Positions 17,601 through 27,594 of a stretch of 64,000 bases of DNA are shown in pieces. The DNA comes from a virus. The notes beneath the pieces were generated by a model, which saw only the letters and a program-made list of their open reading frames with translations, did no database searches and was not told the DNA's origin. Position 1 is the stretch's first letter, and the number at the start of each line of letters is the position of its first letter. The stretch covers positions 51,592 to 115,591 of IMG/VR virus record IMGVR_UViG_3300044820_000144; one strand, 5' to 3'. The translations under genes were made by a program, and so were the position numbers.

Positions 17601-20400
17601 CCGCGCCCTCAAGGGGTCCCGCTCCGCGCTGTCCACCACCGACGGCGGTGCCGCCACTGTTGCTGGCGTCAAGCAGGCCGCCGGCACCGTGGACGACAGC
17701 AGCGGCGGATCCCTGAACGCCGATGCCACCATCCGCATCGCCACCACCCTCGCCTGCTCCGGCGACGGCACCCTCAGCGCCACCGGCCGCGGCAACCGCA
17801 GCAGCGACCTCACCGACACCGACGACGGCGCCCTCACCGCCACCGCCGTCAAGGGCGCGCTGACCACCCTCGCCGACACGGGTGACGGCGTCACCACCGT
17901 CGACCACTCCACCGGACGCCTCGGTGCCCTGCCACTGTCCGGCGGCGACACCGCGACCGCCGAGGCGATCGGACGCCGCGCCGGCACCCTCACTGTCACC
18001 GGAGACGGCTCCGGCGCCATCACCGGCCTGGCGCGCGAGGAGGGCCAGCTCTACCCGCCCGTCTCCGGCGGCGGCGATCAGACCCTCACGGCGACCCGGC
18101 ACGCCCAGGCCACCCTGACCGCCGTAGATGGCGGCACCCTCGACGAGACCGCCACCAAGATCGCGGACTCGAGTTTGTCGGCGACCGCCGGCGGCGACAC
18201 CGTCGTCACCACGCTCGCCGTCCACCTCGGGGAGATCACCGCCACCGGCGGTGACACGTCCACCGCCACCGGGGCGAGGCAGGCCTACGCAGACCTGGGC
18301 GACTCCAGCGACGGCCAACTGCTGCTGGCCGTCCTGGCCGGGCGGTTCACCGTCCTGGACGACCAGGAAGGCGGAACTCCCGCCGCGACCCACGCCAAGG
18401 AGGCCCTCGGCGCGCTGCCAGCGGTCAGCGGCGGCGGGGACCTGGTGGGCATCAGCGTCCTGGTCGGCCATGGCGGCCTGGACATCTCCAGCGGCGGCAC
18501 CACCACCGCGGCCGGAAGCAAGGCCGCGTCCGCAGACGTGGCCGCCAGTACGGACGGGACGCCCACCGCCGTCGGGCTCAAGACCGCCTACGACGCCCTC
18601 GCCGTCCCCGCGGGCGGCTCCGGGCAGGTGGCCGGCTCCAAGCGGGCCACCACCGCGCTGGACGAGTCCGACGGCGACAACGCCGACACCGCCGCCACCA
18701 AGCACGCCCTCGCATCAGTCGCGGTCGAACTGGACCAGTTCCAGCTGGGCCAGTCCTACCTCGGTCCTGACTACAACCTGAAGGTCACCACCGGCGGCTC
18801 CCTGGCCCTGACCGGGAACGCCAACGACCACGGTGACCTCTTTCCACCCCTGTCCGGCGGCGGCACCCCCGACCTGACCGCCCACAAGAACACCACCACC
18901 ACCCTGGACGCCGCCGACGGCGGCACCCCCACCCTCGACGGCCGCAAGCAGGCCCTGGCCGCCACCACCCTGCCCGGCGGCGGATCAACCACCCTCGCCG
19001 GCCTCAAGATCGGCCAGAGCGACGCCTCCCTCAGCGGCGGCGGCACTCTCACCGCGACCGGTGTCGCGCACGTCATCGCCCACGTCGACCTGCTGCTGTC
19101 CGGCGGCGGCGACATCGACCACTTCCACGCCATCCACGTCATCCACGCGGACGACAACCGATCGGCGAACCTCCCCCCGGTCCACGGCGGCGGCACCCTC
19201 GCTATCACCTGGGCCGGACACCACGCCGGCACCGTCGCCCTGTCCGGTGGCGGGATCATCTACGGCCTGATCCACGTCACCACCCCGATCACCGTCACCG
19301 GGGGCGGCGCCACCGCGGCGACCGGTCGCGCCCGCCGACGCGCCCCGCTCGCCCTCGCCGGCGGCGGAACGGTCACCGTCACCGGCACCCACCGGGAGAA
19401 GACCACCTTCTCCCTCGCCGGCGGCGGACGCCCGCTCGCCACCGGCCGCAAGAACGCCACCACCCGTCTGTCCACCACCACCGGCGGCGGCGCCACCACC
19501 ATCCGCGGCGCCAAGGGCGGACGCGGCACCCTGCAGGTCAGCGGCGGCGGCGCCGGCCACCTCGACCGCGCTGCAGCCATCCACCTCACCACCGGCGGCG
19601 CCCTGACCGCCACGGGACGCCGCAAGGCCACCGCCACCACCGGGCAACTCCTCGGTGGCGGATCCCTCGCCGTCGTCGCCGCCAAGCACGCCCACGCCGG
19701 CATCACCGTCACCGGCAGTGGCGCCGGCCAGCTGGTCGAGAGCCGCCGCACCCAGACCTCCCTGGGCACCACCAGCGGTGGTGGCGCACCCGCCCTGCGC
19801 ACCCGCAAGGCTGCCGTCGACCAGGCTCCGCTGGACTTGACCACCGGCGACGCGTTCACCCTGGCCGCCCACAGGACCGTCCACCAGCCCGCCGACCTCA
19901 CCGGCGGAGGCATCCTCACCGCCAGCGGGGCCAAGCGGGCCGGATCCCGGATTGCCCTGGCCGGCGGCGGCGCCCTGCTCCTGCGGGCCGTCCATCACGG
20001 CGGCGTCGACCTGCTCCTGTCCGGAGGCGGCGGCCTGTGGGGCGCCTACCCGACCACGGTGTTCGCCCCCACCCTCCAGTTGCTCACCACGGCCAGCGCC
20101 GTGGACCTGCTGACCGGCCAGGGCGACGCCACCTTCTTGGCCGCCCCCACGGCCGTCGACCCCACCCAGCCCGGCGGCGTCACCACCCTGGCTACCACCC
20201 CGGGCATCGAACTCCTCAACACCGGTGGAGCAATCCAGGCCCTCACAGGCACCGGGAACGCCGTCGTCCTCAATCCCACCGGCGGAACCATTGAGGTTCT
20301 CACCGTCCTCACCGCCCTGGAATCCCTGTCCCTGGCCGCCGAACTCGATCTGACTGTCGCGTCCATTGGCGTCGCCGCGCTGACGAGAACAGGGGCATGA
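14698..20400 (+). CDS. Giant Thr/Ala/Gly-rich repeat protein (1900 aa), putative virion fibre
   Basis: Many ~20-aa xLxxGGGxxxAxG repeats; 4 copies of KHALASV.VEL..F.LG.SYLGP.Y; strong [10 protein letters not shown]. Confidence 0.8.
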   Translation: MYGGLPFGAAPFAGTASSAKRATTSLSLTGGGATTALGAKHAHIAPALSGGDIDAVTATTARRCSPFTLHGGGNQTTLDVKHALASVTVELDDFLLGTSYLGPDYTLTVTGGGATSIGGHAADFSDVHATTGGTATAAGTAHRQGTATLSGGDTLTATATTLRATALADSSGGSLTAATTRHVTGSTLACSSGGTTDLATHRTAISAVTASGGGDSVVAGHKQAAASPALTGGDIDQATGTTTRTTAITLAGGDSATIAAAIHTSGPLAPPLTGGGTLAVSGARAAREALALPGGGTQLTTGRKIASTSAEASGGGTTDATGRHDASTSLTLTSGATHLTIDAVAHRATTLTATDGGTLTATATRAARTTITCTSGDNLALTGFARANGRLYPPLTGGGTPSLIAAKGALYAPADSGGGGPGASAAKGAASTLNLPGGGTSTATATRTATGHVATSDGGSGDVTATRTTSSGLLLTGSGNASDLAVKHALASVAIELDDFVLGTSYLGPSYTLTISSGGALTATGHIVTQGQLHASDGGDQSTTATKRADTALADTSGGTTTATGRRVVDASPLLLTGGGAGATTGGRGAYSALTDTAGGQGAASGSKQARSDASQAAGGADAAQGLKATTGQLVDHAGDTSTVAAAKHATTPIAATTGDDLAMGGSANDRGDLFPPLSGGGTPTASGLKGGHGEAAASDGGATSITARRATTGSLAGDGGGDCAATGERTARGQLSLTGSGTGSDLGTKHALASVTVELVDFLLGTSYLGPAYTLTVTTGGATTVTGAHTAAGALADTAGGSLTVTGHASGSGALYDTAGGTLAATGARSTTATLTDTSGGNTAAAGAKRALAQVSASDGGDCATQASKATGSPVDLDGGGSLAALGAKHAAASVAATTGDNLVATGVARPEGRLYPPLSGGGYTLLDTRRQAYTALAETDGGQCATTGVKQATTDLTLAGGGSEDVRALKGSRSALSTTDGGAATVAGVKQAAGTVDDSSGGSLNADATIRIATTLACSGDGTLSATGRGNRSSDLTDTDDGALTATAVKGALTTLADTGDGVTTVDHSTGRLGALPLSGGDTATAEAIGRRAGTLTVTGDGSGAITGLAREEGQLYPPVSGGGDQTLTATRHAQATLTAVDGGTLDETATKIADSSLSATAGGDTVVTTLAVHLGEITATGGDTSTATGARQAYADLGDSSDGQLLLAVLAGRFTVLDDQEGGTPAATHAKEALGALPAVSGGGDLVGISVLVGHGGLDISSGGTTTAAGSKAASADVAASTDGTPTAVGLKTAYDALAVPAGGSGQVAGSKRATTALDESDGDNADTAATKHALASVAVELDQFQLGQSYLGPDYNLKVTTGGSLALTGNANDHGDLFPPLSGGGTPDLTAHKNTTTTLDAADGGTPTLDGRKQALAATTLPGGGSTTLAGLKIGQSDASLSGGGTLTATGVAHVIAHVDLLLSGGGDIDHFHAIHVIHADDNRSANLPPVHGGGTLAITWAGHHAGTVALSGGGIIYGLIHVTTPITVTGGGATAATGRARRRAPLALAGGGTVTVTGTHREKTTFSLAGGGRPLATGRKNATTRLSTTTGGGATTIRGAKGGRGTLQVSGGGAGHLDRAAAIHLTTGGALTATGRRKATATTGQLLGGGSLAVVAAKHAHAGITVTGSGAGQLVESRRTQTSLGTTSGGGAPALRTRKAAVDQAPLDLTTGDAFTLAAHRTVHQPADLTGGGILTASGAKRAGSRIALAGGGALLLRAVHHGGVDLLLSGGGGLWGAYPTTVFAPTLQLLTTASAVDLLTGQGDATFLAAPTAVDPTQPGGVTTLATTPGIELLNTGGAIQALTGTGNAVVLNPTGGTIEVLTVLTALESLSLAAELDLTVASIGVAALTRTGA

Positions 20401-20759
20401 CGGTCAGCCTTCACCTCAAGCAGCACGACCTGAAACCAGATCTACGGGTGCGGCTGCTCGACGAGGCCACCCCCGTCGACCTCACGAACGCCACCAGCGT
20501 CCACATGGTGATGAGCAGCCGCCGCACCGGCGTCGTCATCGACGCCCCGATGACGATCCTCGACCAGACCGACCCCGACACTCTCGGCGTCGTCGTCTAC
20601 GCCTGGTCCCCCGGCGACACCGACACCACCGGGGAGTTCCAAGCCGAATTCCGGGTCACCTGGCCCTCAGCCCGCCAGCAGACCTTCCCCGCTAGCAGCT
20701 ATCTGACGGTCGTCATCCAGAAGGAACTCAACGCCGGCGGCGGCCCCACCATCGGCTGA
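20397..20759 (+). CDS. BppU-like N-terminal Ig-fold baseplate/fibre adaptor
   Basis: LKQHDLKP.L...PVDLT.A...GVVVYAW..GDTDT.GEFQAEF.VTW..QTFP pattern. Confidence 0.75.
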   Translation: MTVSLHLKQHDLKPDLRVRLLDEATPVDLTNATSVHMVMSSRRTGVVIDAPMTILDQTDPDTLGVVVYAWSPGDTDTTGEFQAEFRVTWPSARQQTFPASSYLTVVIQKELNAGGGPTIG

Positions 20760-20816
20760 GTTCGCCGGACCCACCGGTCGAAAGCATCCTCGACAACGGT
20801 CCAGAATCCGGAAGAG

Positions 20817-21011
20817 ATGGTCGACATGTTCGCGTGCATCACCGACGGCGTGGTCATAAATGTCATCCTGGCCGATCAGGAATTCATCGACGGATGGCTG
20901 CCGACCTCCGGATACGACGAAGCCGTGGACGTCAGCGACATGGACCCATGGCCCAGCGCCGGCTGGACCTGGGACGGCACCACGTTCACCCCCGGGCCCG
21001 ACAACGGCTGA
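20817..21011 (+). CDS. Small fibre-assembly-like protein
   Basis: FACITDGVVINVILAD...GWTWDGTTFT motif typical of small phage fibre accessory proteins. Confidence 0.65.
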   Translation: MVDMFACITDGVVINVILADQEFIDGWLPTSGYDEAVDVSDMDPWPSAGWTWDGTTFTPGPDNG

Positions 21012-21104
21012 ACACTCCAGCCCGCACCGACACCCCGCCAGGGCGTCTATTTCCCCCGCCGCCCAGTCGAGGACTCCCTCAGTAGCCGCTGACCGGGAGG
21101 GCCC

Positions 21105-22619
21105 TTGAGCACGTACCCCGCCTCCCTCGACGTCTTCTCGGTGAAGGCCGAAGGGCCCGGCAACTACCTGTACGCCAAGGACGTCAACGACATCACCACG
21201 GCGATCGAGGCGATCCAGACCACCCTCGGTATCGAGCCCGCCGGTGCCTTCCCCACCCTCAAGGACGCCGTCGATCAGCTCGTCACCGACGTCGGCGACA
21301 TCGACACCACCATCGCTGAACTCGGCGACACCGTCATCTCCCTGTCGAGCACCGTCACCGGCCTGGAAGCCGACGTCCTCGCGATCGGCGACGGCCCCAC
21401 CGGCGCCACCGGACCCGCAGGGGCGACCGGCCCCGTCGGCGTCACCGGCCCTACCGGCGCGAGCGGCCCGACCGGCCCCGCCGGATCGACCGGCCCCGTA
21501 GGTGCCACCGGGGCGACCGGCCCGGCAGGAACCGACGGCGCAGCCGGTGCCGACGGAGCGACGGGACCGACCGGGGCCACCGGCCCGGCCGGAGCTGACG
21601 GACTCGACGGGGCCACCGGACCCGCCGGAGCGACCGGCGCCACAGGCGCGACGGGTCCCGCCGGGGCCGACGGCGCACCTGGGGCCGACGGCGCCGCAGG
21701 CCCAACAGGAAGCACCGGTCCCGCGGGCGCCACCGGCCCGGTCGGTTCAACCGGCCCCGCGGGGGCCACGGGCCCGGCAGGCGTCACGGGCGCCACCGGC
21801 GCAACGGGACCGCTCGGCGCCACCGGCGTCACCGGCGCCACCGGTCCGCAGGGCGTCGCCGGGCAGACCTGGCAGATCGTCGGATCCGTCCCGACCGTCG
21901 CCGACCTCACCGCCCTTGAAAGCGGAGCCAGCATCGGCGACGGCTACATCGTCGACGAGAACGGTGACCTCTACGTCTTCTCCGGCTCCACCTTCACGTT
22001 CGTCGACATCGGCCAGATCGTCGGCCCGACCGGCCCTGCAGGCGCCACCGGACCGGTCGGCTCCACGGGTCCCATCGGTGCCACCGGTCCGGCAGGAGTA
22101 ACAGGCCCGGCCGGTGCAACCGGGCCCATCGGTGCCACCGGCCCTGCAGGCGCAGACGGCGCCGTGGGGGCGACCGGACCTGTCGGAGCCACCGGACCCA
22201 TCGGGGCCACCGGCCCTGCCGGCGCGACGGGCCCCGCCGGCGCCTCGGGAGCGGTGGGGGCGACCGGCCCGGCGGGCGCCACGGGACCCGCCGGAGCTGA
22301 CGGTTCGGCGGGTCCCGCAGGCGCCACCGGCGTCACCGGCCCGGCCGGCGCCGCGGGCCCGACGGGTGCCACCGGGCCCGCTGGGGCCGTCGGCGCCACC
22401 GGCCCAGCAGGGGCAACAGGACCCGTTGGTGCCACCGGGCCCGCGGGCGCCGACGGAGCGATCGGCGCGACCGGAGCCACGGGCCCCACGGGCGTCGGCG
22501 CGACCGGTGCGACGGGCCCGGCGGGTGCGACCGGTGCGACGGGACCCGTGGGCGCGACCGGTGCCAGTTCTTCCGGCGGTGCCACGTGGGCACACACCTT
22601 CAACATGATGGGCGGCTGA
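21105..22619 (+). CDS. Collagen-like (G-X-T/G-P-A) fibre protein 1
   Basis: Two long Gly-X-Y tracts split by a ~55-aa globular insert; N-terminal YPASLD.F domain. Confidence 0.85.
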   Translation: MSTYPASLDVFSVKAEGPGNYLYAKDVNDITTAIEAIQTTLGIEPAGAFPTLKDAVDQLVTDVGDIDTTIAELGDTVISLSSTVTGLEADVLAIGDGPTGATGPAGATGPVGVTGPTGASGPTGPAGSTGPVGATGATGPAGTDGAAGADGATGPTGATGPAGADGLDGATGPAGATGATGATGPAGADGAPGADGAAGPTGSTGPAGATGPVGSTGPAGATGPAGVTGATGATGPLGATGVTGATGPQGVAGQTWQIVGSVPTVADLTALESGASIGDGYIVDENGDLYVFSGSTFTFVDIGQIVGPTGPAGATGPVGSTGPIGATGPAGVTGPAGATGPIGATGPAGADGAVGATGPVGATGPIGATGPAGATGPAGASGAVGATGPAGATGPAGADGSAGPAGATGVTGPAGAAGPTGATGPAGAVGATGPAGATGPVGATGPAGADGAIGATGATGPTGVGATGATGPAGATGATGPVGATGASSSGGATWAHTFNMMGG

Positions 22620-22620
22620 C

Positions 22621-22953
22621 GTGGCTGAGAGTTTCCAGGTAATCGCCCAGGTCCTCCCGGGCGTTACCACCGAGACGACCATGTACACCGTCCCGGCCGC
22701 CACCTCGGTCGTGGCATCGACGTTGGCCATCTGCAACGTCACCTCCAGCTCGGTCGTCTGCGACGTCAACGTGAAACCCCTTGGCGCCGCCACCACCGCC
22801 GTCCACGCCCTCATGCGCAGCGCGTCCATCGACCCCAACGCCACCGTCTTCCTGACGGTCGGGCTCACCCTGGCCACCACCGACGTCATCTCGGTGCGCT
22901 CGGCCACGGCCAATGCCCTGGCATTCCACCTCTACGGCACGGTGATCACGTGA
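22621..22953 (+). CDS. Small beta-sandwich structural protein
   Basis: MYTVPAATSVVASTLAICN; paralog of 13680-13997. Confidence 0.7.
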   Translation: MAESFQVIAQVLPGVTTETTMYTVPAATSVVASTLAICNVTSSSVVCDVNVKPLGAATTAVHALMRSASIDPNATVFLTVGLTLATTDVISVRSATANALAFHLYGTVIT

Positions 22954-24497
22954 GCGTTGTCCGCGCCGGGTCCTCGACCATCGGCACGCGGGTCGTCAAG
23001 GTCTTCACCAGCTCGGGATCGTTCACCCCACCCGCCGGCACGGCCAGCACCCACCCGCTCATCTGCGACGTCCTGGTCGTCGGCGGCGGCGCAGGCGGCA
23101 ACGGCTACCACGCCACGAACAACGTCGGTGGACAGGGCGGCAGCGCCGGACAAGCGTTGCTGTTCAACGGGTTCCGCATCACCTCCACCACCGCCGTCAC
23201 CGTCACCATCGGCGCAGCCGGATCCGCCGGATCAGCGGGAAGCGCAGGCGGCAGCGGCGGCACCACCTCCTTCGGCGCACTCACCGCGCTCGGCGCGGCT
23301 GCCGGCACGGCCGGTTCCTCGGCGACCCCAGCCACTCCGACGGCAATGCCGGCCACCAGCGCCGGCGGCTCCCCGGGCATCGGCCTGCGGGACCTGGTGG
23401 TGAGCGCGACGACCGCGGCGGCCAGCAGTGACAACCTGTCCACCTGGACCGCCCGCACCTACTCCAACACCGGCGCCTCCCTCACCGCCTACGGGAACAA
23501 CACGTTCGTGGCCATGTCCACCGCCAACTCCACGCTGGCGACCAGCCCGGACGGCATCAACTGGACCAACCGCACTCCTCCGACCACCGGACTCGCGAAC
23601 CTGGTGTTCTTGAACGGCCAGTTCCTCACGTTCGGTGCCGCCAGCGGCGCGCTCTACACCTCCGCCGACGGCATCACGTGGACCCGAGTGATCACCTCGC
23701 TGTACCTCGGCTCGTCCGTCCCGGCGACGATCACCTACGGCAACGGCATCTACGTGGCCGTCTTCAGCAACGCCGGGAATGATGCTTACTCCTCGACGGA
23801 CCTGATCACCTGGACCCGGTTCGCGCTCCCCGCCAGCGCGAACTGGTCAGCCGTCGCGGCCAGCACGGCCGGGGTGTTCGTCGCCGTCGCCTCCGGCTCC
23901 ACGAGCGCCGCGTACTCCGTCGGCCGGGCTTGGACCGCGCTGACGCTGCCGTCCACGTCCAACTGGGCCTACCTGGCCTACGGCGCGGGCGTGTTCGTCG
24001 CCCTGTCCACCACGGCCTCCAGCACCTACGCCACCTACTCCGTCGGGGCCGGGTGGACCACGCGGACTATGCCGCACTCCTCCGGCGCCTCGGGTCTGGC
24101 GTTCGTCGACGGCCAGTTCATCGCCACCTCCGCGGCCAGCACCAACCAGCTGTGGACCAGCCCCGACGGCGTCAACTGGACCGCGCGCACCCTGCCGTCC
24201 ACCGGCGTCTGGACCGCCCCCACCGGGCGGGCATCGGCAGCAGCGGGGGCGCCCAAGCTCGCCACCGCCACCATCCTCGCGCCCAGCGGCGGAGCCGGCG
24301 GGAGTGCGGTCGCCTCCGGCAACGGCGGCGCTGGCGGGGACTACGGGCCGCCCGCCGCCGCCACCGGCACGGCGTCGGTGGCGGCCACCGCGGGGCAGGC
24401 GTTCGGGGCGGGCGGTGGCGGGGGAGGTGCCGGCTCGACGGCTGGCGCTGCCGGCGGCGCAGGTCTGGTCATCGTCTCCTACTCAGTGAGGGCCTAG
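22950..24497 (+). CDS. Gly-rich domain protein with inserted beta-propeller (SxDGxxW repeats), paralog 1
   Basis: VKVFTSSGSFTPP...DVLVVGGGAGG start, TSPDGINW/TSADGITW repeats, GAGGGGG...GLVIVSY end. Confidence 0.75.
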   Translation: MSVVRAGSSTIGTRVVKVFTSSGSFTPPAGTASTHPLICDVLVVGGGAGGNGYHATNNVGGQGGSAGQALLFNGFRITSTTAVTVTIGAAGSAGSAGSAGGSGGTTSFGALTALGAAAGTAGSSATPATPTAMPATSAGGSPGIGLRDLVVSATTAAASSDNLSTWTARTYSNTGASLTAYGNNTFVAMSTANSTLATSPDGINWTNRTPPTTGLANLVFLNGQFLTFGAASGALYTSADGITWTRVITSLYLGSSVPATITYGNGIYVAVFSNAGNDAYSSTDLITWTRFALPASANWSAVAASTAGVFVAVASGSTSAAYSVGRAWTALTLPSTSNWAYLAYGAGVFVALSTTASSTYATYSVGAGWTTRTMPHSSGASGLAFVDGQFIATSAASTNQLWTSPDGVNWTARTLPSTGVWTAPTGRASAAAGAPKLATATILAPSGGAGGSAVASGNGGAGGDYGPPAAATGTASVAATAGQAFGAGGGGGGAGSTAGAAGGAGLVIVSYSVRA

Positions 24498-26086
24498 TGA
24501 GCACCGGGAGTCAGCCAGCCAGCGTGCCCTCGGGCACCCGCGTGGTGAAGACCTTCACCAGCTCCAGTACGTTCACCCCGCCGGCGGCCACGTCGTCGAC
24601 CAACCCGCTGCTGTGCGATGTCGTCGTCACCGGCAGCGGCGGCGGGGGAGCCGGGGGCACTCCCTCGGGGTCCCTCTTCGGCGGTGGCGGCGGCAACGCC
24701 GGGCAATCCCTCGCCGCCACGATGGCTGTCACCGGATCCGTGTCGGTCACCGTTGGTGCCGCTGGTGGCGCGGGCGGCCAAGGGGCGTCAGGCAGCGCCG
24801 GGAACGCCAGCTCCTTCGGAGCCCTGTCCGCGACGGGCGGCACGGGCGGCACCATCAGCGCCGCCCCGAGGACCGCGACGTCGCTGATGCCGACGTCGTC
24901 GGCGGGTGGCCTGCCCAACGGCGGTCGGCTCTACGTCATGGCCGGGGGAAGCACCACGCTCGGAGCCACCAGCCCCGATGGCGTCACCTGGACTTCCATG
25001 ACCATGCCGTCCGCCACCGCATGGCCCGCCATCGGCTACGGCAACGGGCTCTTCCTGGCCATCACCGACGCCTCCAGCACCGGTTATGCCACCTCCCCCA
25101 ACGGCGTCACCTGGACCGCCCGCTCCTTCCCCGTCCCACCCACCACCACCTCGTGGGGCTCCACGTCGGTGCAGTACGGCAACGGACGGTGGCTCGTTCT
25201 GGGCTACACCGGCGTCACGGCGACCGTGTACGTGATGTCCTCGACGGACGGCATCAACTGGGTCTTCGGCACCCTGCCCAACCCGGGGGCCAGCAACTAC
25301 TGGCAGTACGCCCGGTTCGCCGGAGACTACTTCTGGGCCTTCCAGGGCCTCACGGCCACCACGATCGCCAGCTCCCCTGACGGCATCACCTGGACGTCGG
25401 TCGGCATGCCCGCCAACGCCGTGTGGACCGACGTCGCCTACGGCAACCGCACCTACCTCGTCACCGCTCAAGGAACCAGCACGGCCGGGACCAGCACCGA
25501 CGGGTTCATCAACGTGTCGACGACCCGGACATTGCCTGCTTCCACGCTCGGGTATGCGGTCCACAACGGCACCAACTTCATCGTCACGCCCGTGACCGGC
25601 ACTTCGTCCGCGTACTCCGCCGACGGGGCGAGCTGGAACTCGATCAGCTTGCCGATCTCGCCTACCACCGCATGGACCCCGCCCGTGGTCGCCGACGGGC
25701 GCGTCATCATCGCCGACAGCGGCGGGTCCCGGGTCTGCTACCTGGACACCACCTCCTGGACCGCCACCTCCGCCGGGGCCCTCCCATCGACCTACACCTG
25801 GAAGATGCCCGCTGCCCGCTCCGCCTTCTCCGCCGTGGCGCCAGCTGTCCTGACCTCGACCACCTCGACCACCCCGTCGGGCGGCGCCGCCGGCAACACC
25901 GCCACCAGCGGCGACGGCGGCGCCGGCGGCAACCTGCTGCCTCCCACGGCCACCTCCACCGCGACCTCTGCCGCAGCCACCGCCGGGCAGGTCCCCGGCG
26001 CAGGCGGCGGCGGAGGCGGAGTCGGCGCCACCTCGGGTGCCGCCGGGGGCGCCGGCCTGGTGACCGTCAGCTACTACCAGCCGTAG
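24497..26086 (+). CDS. Gly-rich domain protein with inserted beta-propeller, paralog 2
   Basis: GTG at 24497 overlapping upstream TAG; same architecture as 22950-24497. Confidence 0.75.
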   Translation: MSTGSQPASVPSGTRVVKTFTSSSTFTPPAATSSTNPLLCDVVVTGSGGGGAGGTPSGSLFGGGGGNAGQSLAATMAVTGSVSVTVGAAGGAGGQGASGSAGNASSFGALSATGGTGGTISAAPRTATSLMPTSSAGGLPNGGRLYVMAGGSTTLGATSPDGVTWTSMTMPSATAWPAIGYGNGLFLAITDASSTGYATSPNGVTWTARSFPVPPTTTSWGSTSVQYGNGRWLVLGYTGVTATVYVMSSTDGINWVFGTLPNPGASNYWQYARFAGDYFWAFQGLTATTIASSPDGITWTSVGMPANAVWTDVAYGNRTYLVTAQGTSTAGTSTDGFINVSTTRTLPASTLGYAVHNGTNFIVTPVTGTSSAYSADGASWNSISLPISPTTAWTPPVVADGRVIIADSGGSRVCYLDTTSWTATSAGALPSTYTWKMPAARSAFSAVAPAVLTSTTSTTPSGGAAGNTATSGDGGAGGNLLPPTATSTATSAAATAGQVPGAGGGGGGVGATSGAAGGAGLVTVSYYQP

Positions 26087-26096
26087 GGGATCGAGC

Positions 26097-26909
26097 ATGA
26101 GCGCCTACCCGACCGGGCTCGACACGTTCACCACCAAGGTGGACGGCGCCGGACAGTACGTCTACGCCGAGTTCTTCAACGACCTGCAGGACGCCGTCGC
26201 CGCCGTCGAGGCCACCCTGGGCACCAACCCCCAGGGCAGCCACACCACCGTCGCGGACTGGCTGGCCGCCCTGCAGTCCGGCAGCGGCGGCGGCTCGGGC
26301 GCCACCGGACCCACCGGACCTGCAGGGGCAGCTGGACCGACCGGGGCGACCGGCCCCGCTGGCGCGACCGGCCCCGCGGGACCCACCGGGGCGACGGGCC
26401 CGACCGGCGTGGGCGCGACCGGTGCCACCGGCCCTGCGGGTGCCACCGGCGCGTCCGGGGCCGTCGGTGCCACCGGTGCGACCGGCCCGGCAGGTAGCGG
26501 GGGAGGGGGCGGCAGCAGCCCCGCGTTCGCGAAGTTCACCACCGACTCCGCCTCCTTCACCACTGCCGAGACGTCCGGCGGGTCCATCACCTTCTCCGCC
26601 ACCACCGGGACCAGCTACTACATCACCTTCGACGGCATCCTCATCGCCGGATCGATGCCCCTGGAAGCCGGCATCTACATGCGCGTTGCGGCCACCAACG
26701 CCCTGCTCGGCCTGTCCTTCGAACCCATCACCTCCGGCGCCGGCTGGCACCGAGTCCACATCGAAGGCATCTACACCGCCGACTCCACCACCAGCGTCAC
26801 CGTCCAGGTCAACGCCAGCCGCAACAGCGGCTCCGGGAACCTCAACTGGGCCGGCTCCGACCCCAACTACCCGCGCATCATGACCGTCCAGACGGTCGTC
26901 GCCGCGTGA
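26097..26909 (+). CDS. Collagen-like fibre protein 2 with C-terminal globular domain
   Basis: N-terminal YPTGLDTF domain shared with 21105 gene, GATGPT repeats, beta-rich C-terminus. Confidence 0.85.
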   Translation: MSAYPTGLDTFTTKVDGAGQYVYAEFFNDLQDAVAAVEATLGTNPQGSHTTVADWLAALQSGSGGGSGATGPTGPAGAAGPTGATGPAGATGPAGPTGATGPTGVGATGATGPAGATGASGAVGATGATGPAGSGGGGGSSPAFAKFTTDSASFTTAETSGGSITFSATTGTSYYITFDGILIAGSMPLEAGIYMRVAATNALLGLSFEPITSGAGWHRVHIEGIYTADSTTSVTVQVNASRNSGSGNLNWAGSDPNYPRIMTVQTVVAA

Positions 26910-26953
26910 ACGCCCCGCTCGGATCTCACCCCTCGACTGCCGACGAGTAAGCC

Positions 26954-27535
26954 ATGGCGGGCATCCTCAACCTCACCGGCGGCGGGACCGCGACCCTACG
27001 CGGGGTCGGGGACCACTGGACGGACCTGGCCGCCTACACCACCTCGGTCCGCAACATCCTGGCCCGCCCCGGCATGTTCGACACGATCTTCCCCGAGACC
27101 ACCGACGACGGGCTCGTCGGACTCCTGCAGGACGCCCTCGCCGAATGCCACATGGAAGCCACGCTGCTCGGCTACGAAGCGGACAGTAACGCCCAGGTCC
27201 GTCCCGCGATGATGTCCGGTGAGATCGCGCTCGTCGTCCTCTACGCCGGCATCCGGATGATCCGTGCGGAGCTGCTGAACCGCATCTCCTCCAGCAAGTA
27301 CGTCGCCGGGCCCGTCTCCGCCGAGACCACCTACGCCACCAACGTGCTGCGCGACATCATGAAGGCCCTGGAAGTCCAGAAGGACGCCGTCACCACCAAG
27401 CTCACCACCCTGGGCGCCGGGATGGCCTTCTTCATGGAGGACCAGTACACCGCCAACGCGTTCCGGTTCCCGCCCAACGGCGTCCCCCTGGCCTACTGGC
27501 TGCCCATGCAGCCGGCCTGGCTCCCCATGTACTGA
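26954..27535 (+). CDS. Putative head-to-tail adaptor
   Basis: Helical 193-aa protein with SKYVAGPVSAETTY; first of the neck gene series. Confidence 0.6.
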   Translation: MAGILNLTGGGTATLRGVGDHWTDLAAYTTSVRNILARPGMFDTIFPETTDDGLVGLLQDALAECHMEATLLGYEADSNAQVRPAMMSGEIALVVLYAGIRMIRAELLNRISSSKYVAGPVSAETTYATNVLRDIMKALEVQKDAVTTKLTTLGAGMAFFMEDQYTANAFRFPPNGVPLAYWLPMQPAWLPMY

Positions 27536-27543
27536 GTCGGGGC

Positions 27544-27578
27544 AAAAAGATCCCCGCCAGTCCCGGAGGACGGCGGGG
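27544..27578 (-). terminator. Terminator for antisense coiled-coil gene
   Basis: CCCCGCC...GGCGGGG stem followed on the minus strand by a T5 tract. Confidence 0.6.
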
Positions 27579-27594
27579 CGGAATCGACGTCAGG

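Noticed and set aside
21380-22570. Highly repetitive DNA resembling an array
   Set aside because: In-frame 9-nt Gly-X-Y collagen codons; no constant repeats with unique spacers and no cas genes, so not CRISPR
22950-26086. Possible DGR template/variable repeat pair
   Set aside because: Paralogs differ throughout rather than at adenines only, and no reverse transcriptase is present in the window
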